From: Spirochaetaceae bacterium
GTDB taxonomy: Bacteria; Spirochaetota; Spirochaetia; DSM-27196; SKKC01
Assembly (NCBI GenBank): GCA_046542845.1
Contig: JBKHAN010000008.1
Coordinates: forward strand, 3,669-67,668
Direction of reading: 5' to 3'
DNA: 64,000 nucleotides
Shown here: positions 1 through 8,091 of the stretch, piece by piece
How the letters are laid out: each line of letters starts with the position of its first letter
How positions within the stretch are numbered: the first letter of the stretch is position 1
Notes under the pieces: model-generated
Database searches by the model: none
What the model was told of the DNA's origin: nothing
Seen by the model: only the letters and a program-made list of their open reading frames with translations
Translations under genes and position numbers: made by a program

Positions 1-623
1 ATGAAGGCCCCTGACCCGCACTTGACGTCAAATACGAGAGCCTCGGCGCCTTCGGCAAATTTCTTGGAAAGTATGCTCGCGGTTATGAGCGGTATTGATT
101 CGACCGTGCCCGTAACATCACGAAGTGCGTAAAGAAGACGGTCTGCCGGTACAACATCGCGACTCTGCCCGGTCATCGCAAAGCCACAGTCACGGATAAC
201 GTCACGAAACCGTTCTTCGCTCAGAGCCGTCGTGTAACCGTCTATACTTTCGAGTTTGTCGAGGGTCCCCCCCGTGTGGCCGAGTCCGCGACCGCTCATC
301 ATGGGAACCTGAACACCGCATGCCGCTACCATGGGAGCCAGTACAAGGCTGACTTTGTCGCCGACTCCTCCGGTCGAGTGTTTGTCGACCAGCGGACCGG
401 AAAGCCCGGACAGATCAAAGGTCCGCCCGCTTTGTATCATGACCTCTGTAAGCGTACCGGTCTCTTCGGGCGTCAGTCCGTTTAAAAATGCCGCCATAAG
501 CCACGCGGAAACCTGATATTCGGGCACCGTTTCATTCACCGCCCCCGACACCAGTTCCTGAATCTCCTCCTGCGTGTTCGGTCGATTATCCCGTTTATGG
601 ATAATCGTGTCTAAAATGCTCAT
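1..623 (-). CDS. pdp: Pyrimidine-nucleoside/thymidine phosphorylase (5' part; 3' end runs off the window)
   Basis: Not in the ORF track. Manual translation from the ATG at 623 gives MSILDTIIHKRD...YQVSAWLMAAFLNG...LVDKHSTGGVGDKVSLVLAP...MSGRGLGHTGGTLDKLESI...SILSKKFAEG, the family signature motifs. Confidence 0.95.
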   Translation of the reverse strand, partial: MSILDTIIHKRDNRPNTQEEIQELVSGAVNETVPEYQVSAWLMAAFLNGLTPEETGTLTEVMIQSGRTFDLSGLSGPLVDKHSTGGVGDKVSLVLAPMVAACGVQVPMMSGRGLGHTGGTLDKLESIDGYTTALSEERFRDVIRDCGFAMTGQSRDVVPADRLLYALRDVTGTVESIPLITASILSKKFAEGAEALVFDVKCGSGAF

Positions 624-752
624 GCGTGTATTCCTTTCAGCGTCTGATTTGACGATTGGGTATGGTACCACAGCTTGTACTATCTGAATATACACGACCA
701 TCCTCACGGATGATTGTTGCGCTTCGGAGTGGAATTCCATTATTTTTCGCGT

Positions 753-1229
753 ATGTTTAAACTCTTCGTCGACCTCGACGGTGTACTGGCAGACTTTGAC
801 AGAGGTGTTCAGGATCTTACAGGTCGACCGCCGGACCAACTCCATCCAAAACGAATGTGGGCAGCGATCGCCCGTGCGGACGGTTTCTACGAAAATCTGC
901 GCTGGATGGAGGATGGTAAAGTGCTCTGGAACGCAGTACGATCAAATGAACCTACCATCCTGACCGGTCTTCCAATGGGTTCGTGGGCCGAACCTCAGAA
1001 ACGGGCGTGGTGCGCTCGTGAGCTCGGTCCGGATATTCCCGTTATCACCTGCATGTCCCGTCACAAGGCAGCACGCGCCGCCGAACACACCCCGGAGAAC
1101 GCCGTCATGGTACTCGTGGACGACCGCGAGAAGCTCCGGGAGTCCTGGGAGGCGGCTGGAGGAGTTTTTATTCTCCACACCGATGCCGACTCAAGCATTG
1201 CGGCGCTCACGGAAGCCGGAGTCCTGTAA
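753..1229 (+). CDS. HAD-superfamily phosphatase, 5'(3')-deoxyribonucleotidase (NT5C)-like
   Basis: N-terminal DxD motif (FVDLDGVLADF), ILTG motif II, K, and LVDDR motif IV. The ATG at 753 is preferred over the TTG at 714. Confidence 0.75.
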   Translation: MFKLFVDLDGVLADFDRGVQDLTGRPPDQLHPKRMWAAIARADGFYENLRWMEDGKVLWNAVRSNEPTILTGLPMGSWAEPQKRAWCARELGPDIPVITCMSRHKAARAAEHTPENAVMVLVDDREKLRESWEAAGGVFILHTDADSSIAALTEAGVL

Positions 1230-1236
1230 CAGGAGC

Positions 1237-1905
1237 TCAGGAGTACAAACCAAGAATCCCGCCGGCGGTCTTTACCGTATTCAGCTCGAGCTCGAGGACA
1301 CGCTGCACGGACCGGACAAGATACGGTAATGCGTCGGGAAGCGGCCGGCTAAGCCCCATTGCCAACTCGACCGTTTCCTCCACCGACTCGTTGTCGATCG
1401 ACGCTACAACACGCCGCATACCGGGGTCGCTGACGGCGTCGGGGTCTAAGGGCGCTCCTGTAAACTGGAGGAACCGGAGCATGAACTGTACGCATACGAG
1501 ACGCGTCATTTCCTCGTTCGCGTCGCGTACAAGCAGAAGACACTCTCTGAACACGCCGTACAGCTCACGCGATGCTTCACCACCTCCGAAAGACCGGAGA
1601 ATAATCTCGGCCCACAGCGACGCGGTGTAGTAACGAAGCACATCCTCCCGGATTCCATAAAACATATCAAATACTTCGACATCGTTGATTTTAACGTTTT
1701 GCTTGACCGGATCGCGATAGATGTAGAACTTTCCCCATACAAACGGGTCAGTAATTCCGCGAAGACTCCCTTTCCTGCTGTAAGCACCGAAAGCAGTTGC
1801 CCGGACGAGGCCACTGTCGGGGGTAAACAGGCTCAAGCCCTTGTGCATTTCGCCGAAGCGACGGTTTTCGAGCACGACGGCTTCGACGGTACTGTGGCGT
1901 TCCAT
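1237..1905 (-). CDS. recO: DNA repair protein RecO
   Basis: N-terminal OB-fold pattern (AVVLENRRFGEMHKGLSLFTPDSGLVRATAFGA..KGSLRG) followed by a helical domain. Confidence 0.85.
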   Translation of the reverse strand: MERHSTVEAVVLENRRFGEMHKGLSLFTPDSGLVRATAFGAYSRKGSLRGITDPFVWGKFYIYRDPVKQNVKINDVEVFDMFYGIREDVLRYYTASLWAEIILRSFGGGEASRELYGVFRECLLLVRDANEEMTRLVCVQFMLRFLQFTGAPLDPDAVSDPGMRRVVASIDNESVEETVELAMGLSRPLPDALPYLVRSVQRVLELELNTVKTAGGILGLYS

Positions 1906-1912
1906 TCTGGCC

Positions 1913-1923
1913 CATACTATAAT
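1913..1923. promoter_or_regulatory. Overlapping -10 elements of a probable bidirectional recO/lon promoter
   Basis: The 32-bp divergent gap contains CATACTATAAT: TATAAT at 1918-1923 on the + strand and TAGTAT/TATAGT on the - strand. Confidence 0.5.
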
Positions 1924-1937
1924 CGAGGGAACACATT

Positions 1938-4286
1938 ATGGACACAGAGAATCTCAAACACATCATTCCTGCAGATCACATTATTCCGACACGGCTCGTC
2001 ATTATTCCCGTTACCGGTCGACCACTGTACCCGGGAATATTCATGCCGATGATGGTCACCGGTGAGCGCGACCTGAAGGCTGTTCAGGAGGCCAGCTCGT
2101 CCGACGGATTTGTCGGTCTCGTACTTACCCGCGACGAGGATGCCGATGAGCCGTCCGCGGGGGACCTTTTCGAAACAGGCACCGCAGCTCGTATCGTCAA
2201 AAAGATCAATCTACCCGATGGCGGCCTGAATATATTCGTGCAGACCATCAAACGATTCCGCATAAAAAAAGTACTCAAGAGTTCAGACCCCATTGTCGTA
2301 GCTGCAGAACAGCTCGAGGATACAAACTTCGAGGGAGATGAGGTGAAAGCCCTCACCCGAAGCCTTATCGGAGAAATGAAACAGGTCTCGGAAAATAATC
2401 CACTGTTCTCTGAAGAGATGCGCCTCAACATGGTCAACATAGACCATCCCGGCAAGATCGCCGACTTTATCGCGAGTATTCTGAATCTCGATCGTGAAGC
2501 CCAGCAAAAGGTTCTCGAGACCACCGATGTCCGCGAACGCATGGAAACTGTCCTTGTTCATATAAAAAAGGAACAGGAACTTATGCGTATACAGAAGCGC
2601 ATACAGGCCCAAATCAACGAGAAAATTGAGAAGAGTCAGCGCGAGTATTTTCTCAAGGAGCAACTGAAAGCAATCCGCGAAGAACTGGGCATGCCTGGTG
2701 ATGCGAAGAGCAGCGAGTTGAAGCGTCTGCGGGAACAGATAGAATCCATTGATCTTCCGGAGAGTGTTCGCGAATCCGTCGAGCAGGAGCTTGAGAAGTT
2801 TTCCCTGACCGAGCCACAGTCACCTGAGTTTGCGATCACGAGGAATTACCTCGATACCATTATCAGTCTTCCGTGGGGCGATCCTGCGGCGGAGGACATA
2901 GACATAGCCAAGGCATCGGAGATCCTTGAGAAAGACCACTACGGACTGAACGACGTAAAGGAACGAATCCTTGAGTTCCTCTCGGTGAGAAAGCTCAGAA
3001 AAGACACAAAAGGATCGATAATATGTCTCGTCGGGCCCCCCGGGGTCGGAAAAACCAGTATCGGGCGCAGCATCGCGCGGGCTCTCGACAAGGAGTTTTT
3101 CCGCTTCTCCGTCGGGGGCATGAGGGACGAGGCGGAAATCAAGGGCCATAGGCGTACCTACGTCGGCGCGATGCCTGGAAAAATTATTCAAGGCCTGAAA
3201 ATTGTAAAGGACCGGGCGCCGGTATTCATGATAGACGAGATAGATAAACTTGGCGCGGGCATACAGGGCGACCCTTCAAGCGCGCTGCTTGAGGTCCTTG
3301 ATCCGGAACAGAATACCGACTTCCGGGATCACTATCTCGACCTGCCCTTTGATGTCTCGAATATTCTATTTGTAACCACTGCAAACAACATGGATACGAT
3401 TCCCGCTCCTTTGCTCGATCGAATGGAGGTCATACGAATCTCCGGTTATATAAACGAGGAGAAAACGGCAATTGCACGGAAGTACCTTGTTCCCAAGTCA
3501 TTGCACCGTGCCGGTCTTAAACGAAGCGAGGTCAAGTACACAAAAACCACCCTGATCGCGATCGCAGACCGATACGCCCGGGAAGCCGGAATGCGCAACT
3601 ACGAGAAAGCTCTCGACCGGATTCATCGAAAAATTGCCCGTGCGAAGCTCGAAAACAGGCTCGAAACGCCGGTAAAGATGACCCCGGATATGCTTTCTAC
3701 CTACCTCGGCCACCCTTCGTTTGAGGAACTGAATGAGCGGGTCGTCGACAAGCCGGGCATGGCAATCGGACTCGCATGGACCCCCTACGGTGGTGATACG
3801 CTACTGATTGAAGCTTCCAAGCTGCCGGGTAAGGAAGCGTTCAAGCTGACGGGCAAAATGGGCGAAGTCATGCAGGAGTCGGCCAACATTGCGTACACCT
3901 ATGCACGCAGTATCGCGTCCGAGTTCGGAATACCATCGGATTTCTTCGACAGCCACAGCATACATTTGCATATACCGGCAGGCGCCATTCCGAAAGACGG
4001 TCCGTCCGCCGGGATTACAATGGCGACGACGCTGCTGAGTCTTTCGAGATCAAAAGCAATCAGAAAGCAGGTGGCAATGACCGGGGAGCTTTCCTTACTT
4101 GGTTCAGTACTTCCGATAGGTGGTCTGAAGGAAAAAACGGTCGCCGCCAAGCGAGCACACATAAAAACCATTATTTTTCCGAAAGCAAATGAAAAGGACC
4201 TTGAGGATATCCCGGAGCATGTCAGAAAAGGTATACGCTTCGTTCCGGTTTCTACCATGGCCGAAGTGATTGCGGAGGTTTTTTGA
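1938..4286 (+). CDS. lon: ATP-dependent Lon protease
   Basis: Lon N-domain, Walker A GPPGVGKTS, Walker B IDEIDK, HRRTYVGAMPG, catalytic PKDGPSAG and GGLKEK. Confidence 0.98.
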   Translation: MDTENLKHIIPADHIIPTRLVIIPVTGRPLYPGIFMPMMVTGERDLKAVQEASSSDGFVGLVLTRDEDADEPSAGDLFETGTAARIVKKINLPDGGLNIFVQTIKRFRIKKVLKSSDPIVVAAEQLEDTNFEGDEVKALTRSLIGEMKQVSENNPLFSEEMRLNMVNIDHPGKIADFIASILNLDREAQQKVLETTDVRERMETVLVHIKKEQELMRIQKRIQAQINEKIEKSQREYFLKEQLKAIREELGMPGDAKSSELKRLREQIESIDLPESVRESVEQELEKFSLTEPQSPEFAITRNYLDTIISLPWGDPAAEDIDIAKASEILEKDHYGLNDVKERILEFLSVRKLRKDTKGSIICLVGPPGVGKTSIGRSIARALDKEFFRFSVGGMRDEAEIKGHRRTYVGAMPGKIIQGLKIVKDRAPVFMIDEIDKLGAGIQGDPSSALLEVLDPEQNTDFRDHYLDLPFDVSNILFVTTANNMDTIPAPLLDRMEVIRISGYINEEKTAIARKYLVPKSLHRAGLKRSEVKYTKTTLIAIADRYAREAGMRNYEKALDRIHRKIARAKLENRLETPVKMTPDMLSTYLGHPSFEELNERVVDKPGMAIGLAWTPYGGDTLLIEASKLPGKEAFKLTGKMGEVMQESANIAYTYARSIASEFGIPSDFFDSHSIHLHIPAGAIPKDGPSAGITMATTLLSLSRSKAIRKQVAMTGELSLLGSVLPIGGLKEKTVAAKRAHIKTIIFPKANEKDLEDIPEHVRKGIRFVPVSTMAEVIAEVF

Positions 4287-5092
4287 GAAGATCACCGGCT
4301 TGCTGTGTATTCTTCATACTGTTGATACTGACAGGAACGCCGTCGGTAGCGCTCGGACGTGGTGCCGTACACCCGGACTTCGCAATGTCGAGTTCGGAAT
4401 TCAATGAGATCGTTTCAACGCTCCCAATTGAAATACGTACACGTGCACTCCGGAATCCGACACGCTTCCTTGATCTCACCGCTGCGGTTCTCGATTCTGA
4501 TATTGAGCTGCTGCGTCATGTCGATCGTTCCCATGGGCTTGAGCCGGACGACGAACCGGCAGGTATGGTCGGTCTTCGGACCTTTGCAGATTCCATTTCC
4601 GTATCTGCGCCCGACGACAGACTCGTCGAACGAGCGGCTCTCGCTTTGCGCGACATGACGGACGCTGCGCGCCTGGACGATGTGAACCTCGACGTGTCGA
4701 GTGTGTACCGCGATTACGAAACCCAGGAGGAGCTGTACGCCAATCACCTCGAACGGTTCGGGTATCGTCTCACATCACAGCTTGTCGCACCGCCCGGTCA
4801 CAGCGAACACCAGCTCGGGACCACCGTCGACTTCTTCCCGGTCGGTCGCAACTTCGACGGCACGCCGCAGGATCTGTGGTTGAGAGCACACGCGGCCGAC
4901 TACGGATTCTCGCTCAGTTACCCTTCCGGTCTTGAAGACGTCACGGGCTACCTCTATGAAAGCTGGCACTATCGGTATATCGGTAGCGACGCGGTCGCAA
5001 TGAAAGACAGTTTCTTCCGTGGCGTGCAGTACTACCTCACCCGTTTTTTTGACGAACACGGCCCGTTTCTGGCACAGGTCTACCGGCGGTAG
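4283..5092 (+). CDS. D-alanyl-D-alanine carboxypeptidase, peptidase M15B (VanY-like), exported
   Basis: Hydrophobic N-terminus; SVYR, PPGHSEHQLGTTVD (SxHxxGxAxD-like) and YESWHYRY motifs. Start overlaps the lon stop (TTGA). Confidence 0.88.
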   Translation: MRRSPACCVFFILLILTGTPSVALGRGAVHPDFAMSSSEFNEIVSTLPIEIRTRALRNPTRFLDLTAAVLDSDIELLRHVDRSHGLEPDDEPAGMVGLRTFADSISVSAPDDRLVERAALALRDMTDAARLDDVNLDVSSVYRDYETQEELYANHLERFGYRLTSQLVAPPGHSEHQLGTTVDFFPVGRNFDGTPQDLWLRAHAADYGFSLSYPSGLEDVTGYLYESWHYRYIGSDAVAMKDSFFRGVQYYLTRFFDEHGPFLAQVYRR

Positions 5093-5109
5093 AGCATCCA
5101 CGCCTCGAA

Positions 5110-5118
5110 TGATATACT
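5110..5118 (+). promoter_or_regulatory. Extended -10 (TG-A-TATACT), probable leaderless promoter
   Basis: TGATATACT lies 6 nt upstream of the ATG at 5125. Confidence 0.5.
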
Positions 5119-5124
5119 TTGGGA

Positions 5125-6432
5125 ATGGTTGCACCTGTTCCAGAAACCGTTCACGATCGACTCGCAAAACTCGGCGTACATGTTCCGGAGGTACTTCTCC
5201 CCGCACCGGACGTCGATTACCAGACATTTGCCGTGATTGCGTGTGACCAGTTTACGAGTCAAGCCGAATACTGGAAAGACGTCGCAGCGATCGCAGGCGA
5301 TTCACCATCGGCTCTGCACTGTGTACTGCCGGAAGTATATCTGGACGAACCAGACGTCGCGGAAAGAATCGATGCGGTACAAAAAACCGCTGCGTCGTAC
5401 GTGGCCGAGGGAATTCTCAAGCCTACAGGTCACGGATTCGTCGTTACGGACCGTACCCTGCCGGACGGCAGCATTCGGCAGGGGCTTGTTCTGGCGATTG
5501 ATCTTGAGGAGTACGATTTTTCGCCCGGTGCAACATCGCTGGTTCGCGCAACTGAACAGACCATACTCGACCGTCTGCCACCACGTATCCGCATTCGCGA
5601 AGGCGCGGCGATCGAGCTTCCTCATGTCATGATAATGATCGACGACGTGGATAATCTTGTTTTCGGTTATATCGACAGCGTGAAGAAAGAACTGACGCCG
5701 CTGTACGATACACCGCTGATGCTCGGTGGCGGGCGAATCAAGGGGCGGTTCCTTGACAGTGCCGGACATTTAGAAGAGCTTGCGGCACGGCTTGAAAGAC
5801 TGATATCGCCCGAGCGCTTGCGTGCCCGGTATCACACAGACGTTCCCCTGCTTTTTCCTGTAGGCGACGGTAACCACAGCCTTGCCGCTGCCCGTACGTA
5901 CTGGCTTCATCTAAAGAATGCGGGAGCGTCCGTTGAGCACCCTGCACGATACGCGCTGGTTGAGATTGTGAACCTCTACGGACAGGGCATGAGCTTCCAC
6001 CCGATTCACCGTCTGGTTCGAAACGTTACCGAAGCGGACATGAAGCAGGCGCTTGAGATGCGCGGCTTTACGGTACACAGTAGCCCTTCTTCTACGCCGC
6101 CTCCTGGAGCAGTTCGCCTGCACACGTCCAGAGGAACTGACCTTGTCGTCCCCGGCGACAGAGTCGCGCTGCCGGTAGCTTCGGTTGACGCAGCGCTCGA
6201 GCAACTTTCCGGACACCCGGGTACGCTCCGTACCGACTACGTACACGATCTCGACTCAATCGCACAATGGATATCCGAAGACGCAATGGTACTGGAAATG
6301 CCGGCAATAAACCCTGACGAGATTATTCCCACCGTCGTACGCGACGGCGTCCTGCCGCGAAAAGCCTTTTCCATAGGCACCGCGCGGGATAAACGATATT
6401 ACCTTGAAGCACGGAAGATACGACAGAACTGA
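5125..6432 (+). CDS. DUF1015-family protein
   Basis: AVIACDQFTSQ, RATEQTILDRLPPRIRIR, ELPHVMIMIDD, VGDGNHSLA and LPRKAFSIG motifs. Confidence 0.8.
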   Translation: MVAPVPETVHDRLAKLGVHVPEVLLPAPDVDYQTFAVIACDQFTSQAEYWKDVAAIAGDSPSALHCVLPEVYLDEPDVAERIDAVQKTAASYVAEGILKPTGHGFVVTDRTLPDGSIRQGLVLAIDLEEYDFSPGATSLVRATEQTILDRLPPRIRIREGAAIELPHVMIMIDDVDNLVFGYIDSVKKELTPLYDTPLMLGGGRIKGRFLDSAGHLEELAARLERLISPERLRARYHTDVPLLFPVGDGNHSLAAARTYWLHLKNAGASVEHPARYALVEIVNLYGQGMSFHPIHRLVRNVTEADMKQALEMRGFTVHSSPSSTPPPGAVRLHTSRGTDLVVPGDRVALPVASVDAALEQLSGHPGTLRTDYVHDLDSIAQWISEDAMVLEMPAINPDEIIPTVVRDGVLPRKAFSIGTARDKRYYLEARKIRQN

Positions 6433-6449
6433 GGTAAAATTGAAAATCG

Positions 6450-6477
6450 TTGATATTTCGCGTGTTCGCAGTACAAT
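6450..6477 (+). promoter_or_regulatory. sigma70-type promoter, probably leaderless
   Basis: TTGATA(6450)-N16-TACAAT(6472), 7 nt before the ATG at 6485, with no Shine-Dalgarno. Confidence 0.5.
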
Positions 6478-6484
6478 ACTGAGT

Positions 6485-7390
6485 ATGCATCGAACGTGCC
6501 TTGCGGCATTGCTGATTCTGCTTTCTGCCTCACCCGCCCTGATCGCAGACGAGGAGCGACCGGTACTGACGTTCGCCGGCTTCGTCGCGCGAGAAGGAGA
6601 CGTTACCGCAGCCGAACTCCGCGTTTTTGAGAACCGCATCATTTCTGTGCTGATCCCCGTCGCTGAAACCAGCGGTTTCAGCGTAACCATTCCTCGAAAC
6701 AGAGGGGAAATACTCGAGCGGGTCCTTGAATCGGCAGAAGGACTGTCCACAGAGCTCGCCCGCGACATTAGCGCAGATTATATTATCGTCGGTGAGATAA
6801 ACCGCATCGACGGCATGCTGTTCGTGGACGTCCGGAGTGTATTCGTTGATACCATGGAAATCGCCTCGTTGTTCTCGCGCGAGTTTGCGGGTTTTTCCGC
6901 GGCACTGGGTTCCGCTCGGGAAATGGTGGCAACGCTTGTTGAGTCTTCCTCCGATATCACCAGAAATCCTGCCGCACCGCAGGCGGAAACCCGCGAGGAA
7001 GTCCGCAGTCAGCTATCCCTCGACGACATTGCCGGCGTCTGGAATGGTGACCGCGGGCTTGGTATCGTTGAAATCAATAACGACGGGAGCGGTACAGCGT
7101 ACCTGAACGGGTCGGGAAGCATGAGAATATCGGTCACCATCGACGATAACCGAGTCGTTGTGCGCCAGGACGAACCGAACGCCCCGAAGATGTACATGAC
7201 GGTTTTCCCCTACACGGTCGCAGTGCAGATCGTCGATATTGCGCGCCCTATGCGCTGGGTCTTTACCCTGAATCAGGACGGGAACACGCTTTCGGGCGTA
7301 AAGGACACGACGTTCTTTCAGGTGGATCGCGGCAGGGTCGTATGGGCAGATAACACGTATTCGCGCGAAGCAATCTGGACTCGACGCTGA
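6485..7390 (+). CDS. Exported protein with a CsgG/TolB-N-like alpha/beta domain and a C-terminal beta-rich domain
   Basis: Signal peptide (LAALLILLSASPALIA); pattern ARDISADYIIVGEINRIDGMLFVDVRSVFVDT is typical of the CsgG-like fold. Confidence 0.55.
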   Translation: MHRTCLAALLILLSASPALIADEERPVLTFAGFVAREGDVTAAELRVFENRIISVLIPVAETSGFSVTIPRNRGEILERVLESAEGLSTELARDISADYIIVGEINRIDGMLFVDVRSVFVDTMEIASLFSREFAGFSAALGSAREMVATLVESSSDITRNPAAPQAETREEVRSQLSLDDIAGVWNGDRGLGIVEINNDGSGTAYLNGSGSMRISVTIDDNRVVVRQDEPNAPKMYMTVFPYTVAVQIVDIARPMRWVFTLNQDGNTLSGVKDTTFFQVDRGRVVWADNTYSREAIWTRR

Positions 7391-7410
7391 CGTCTTCCGG
7401 TTTTTACGTC

Positions 7411-7893
7411 TTAAGCCGCTTCACGTTGTGCCGATGCGTTTTTCTTCCCTGCTGCGGCACGGCTCGACGGTCCCGCTTCCGAGGACAAAACAGTTAACAG
7501 TCCAAAGATTCCTATACCGATAACCGCTGCTGTGATACGCAGCAATGAACGATTATCTTCGAAGGTAATATCTGTGTACACAAGACCTCCCGGACTGACC
7601 GGTTCAGTTACATCGACCTGGGAGTCCATAACAAGGCGACGTTCGCTGGATGAAAAAAAGCCAAGCGAACGTGCATAGACACGCAGCAGCTCTCTGTCCC
7701 GCTGCAGATCGACAATGCGGTCCTCAAGCCCAGCGTTTGTCTCGCGAAGGGCCTGTACGTTTGCGCCAATGCGGTCCCGGTATGCCTGCAATTGCTGTTC
7801 GTTCTGTACCCCTGCGCTTCCGAAAACCAGGGTCAGAGACAGATAGATGCACGCGGCACTCAACGTCGCTATAAACAGATGTAGTTTGACCAT
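7411..7893 (-). CDS. FtsB/DivIC-like septum formation initiator with an extra C-terminal TM segment
   Basis: N-terminal TM ending in FGSAG, coiled coil (LRETNAGLEDRIVDLQRD), ARSLGF...E motif, and a second hydrophobic segment. Confidence 0.75.
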   Translation of the reverse strand: MVKLHLFIATLSAACIYLSLTLVFGSAGVQNEQQLQAYRDRIGANVQALRETNAGLEDRIVDLQRDRELLRVYARSLGFFSSSERRLVMDSQVDVTEPVSPGGLVYTDITFEDNRSLLRITAAVIGIGIFGLLTVLSSEAGPSSRAAAGKKNASAQREAA

Positions 7894-7937
7894 GATGTTA
7901 CCTTGTCTGATTAACGGTCCCGAAGCGCTCTGTATTT

Positions 7938-7979
7938 AGCTGTCGGGCAAATCTAAGAGAGGTCGATTTGTTGACAGCT
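7938..7979. repeat. Imperfect inverted repeat in the divergent intergenic region
   Basis: AGCTGTC-GGG-CAAATC ... GATTTG-TT-GACAGCT, overlapping the TTGACA -35 box. Confidence 0.55.
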
Positions 7980-8000
7980 GTTTAAGCGCCGTCGTACAGT
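7971..8000 (+). promoter_or_regulatory. sigma70 promoter for the 8092 operon
   Basis: TTGACA(7971-7976)-N18-TACAGT(7995-8000). Confidence 0.6.
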
Positions 8001-8011
8001 AAAGTCGGTGT

Positions 8012-8038
8012 TTAAGACACATTAGATACTGCCGATAT
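8012..8038 (+). promoter_or_regulatory. sigma28 (FliA/SigD)-type promoter
   Basis: TTAA(8012-8015)-N15-GCCGATAT(8031-8038), compared with the consensus TAAA-N15-GCCGATA(A/T). Intergenic, correctly oriented, 53 nt upstream of the ATG at 8092. Confidence 0.7.
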
Positions 8039-8091
8039 CTTCCTACAGAGAGTCTTGAAATTTGCGATCGTAGGGTGCAGGAGCATGGTTA

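Noticed and set aside
4283-5092. VanY-like gene (with ddl) as a vancomycin-resistance locus
   Set aside because: No vanHAX or vanRS genes; ddl keeps the YDY..KY loop of D-Ala-D-Ala ligases and sits with murE.
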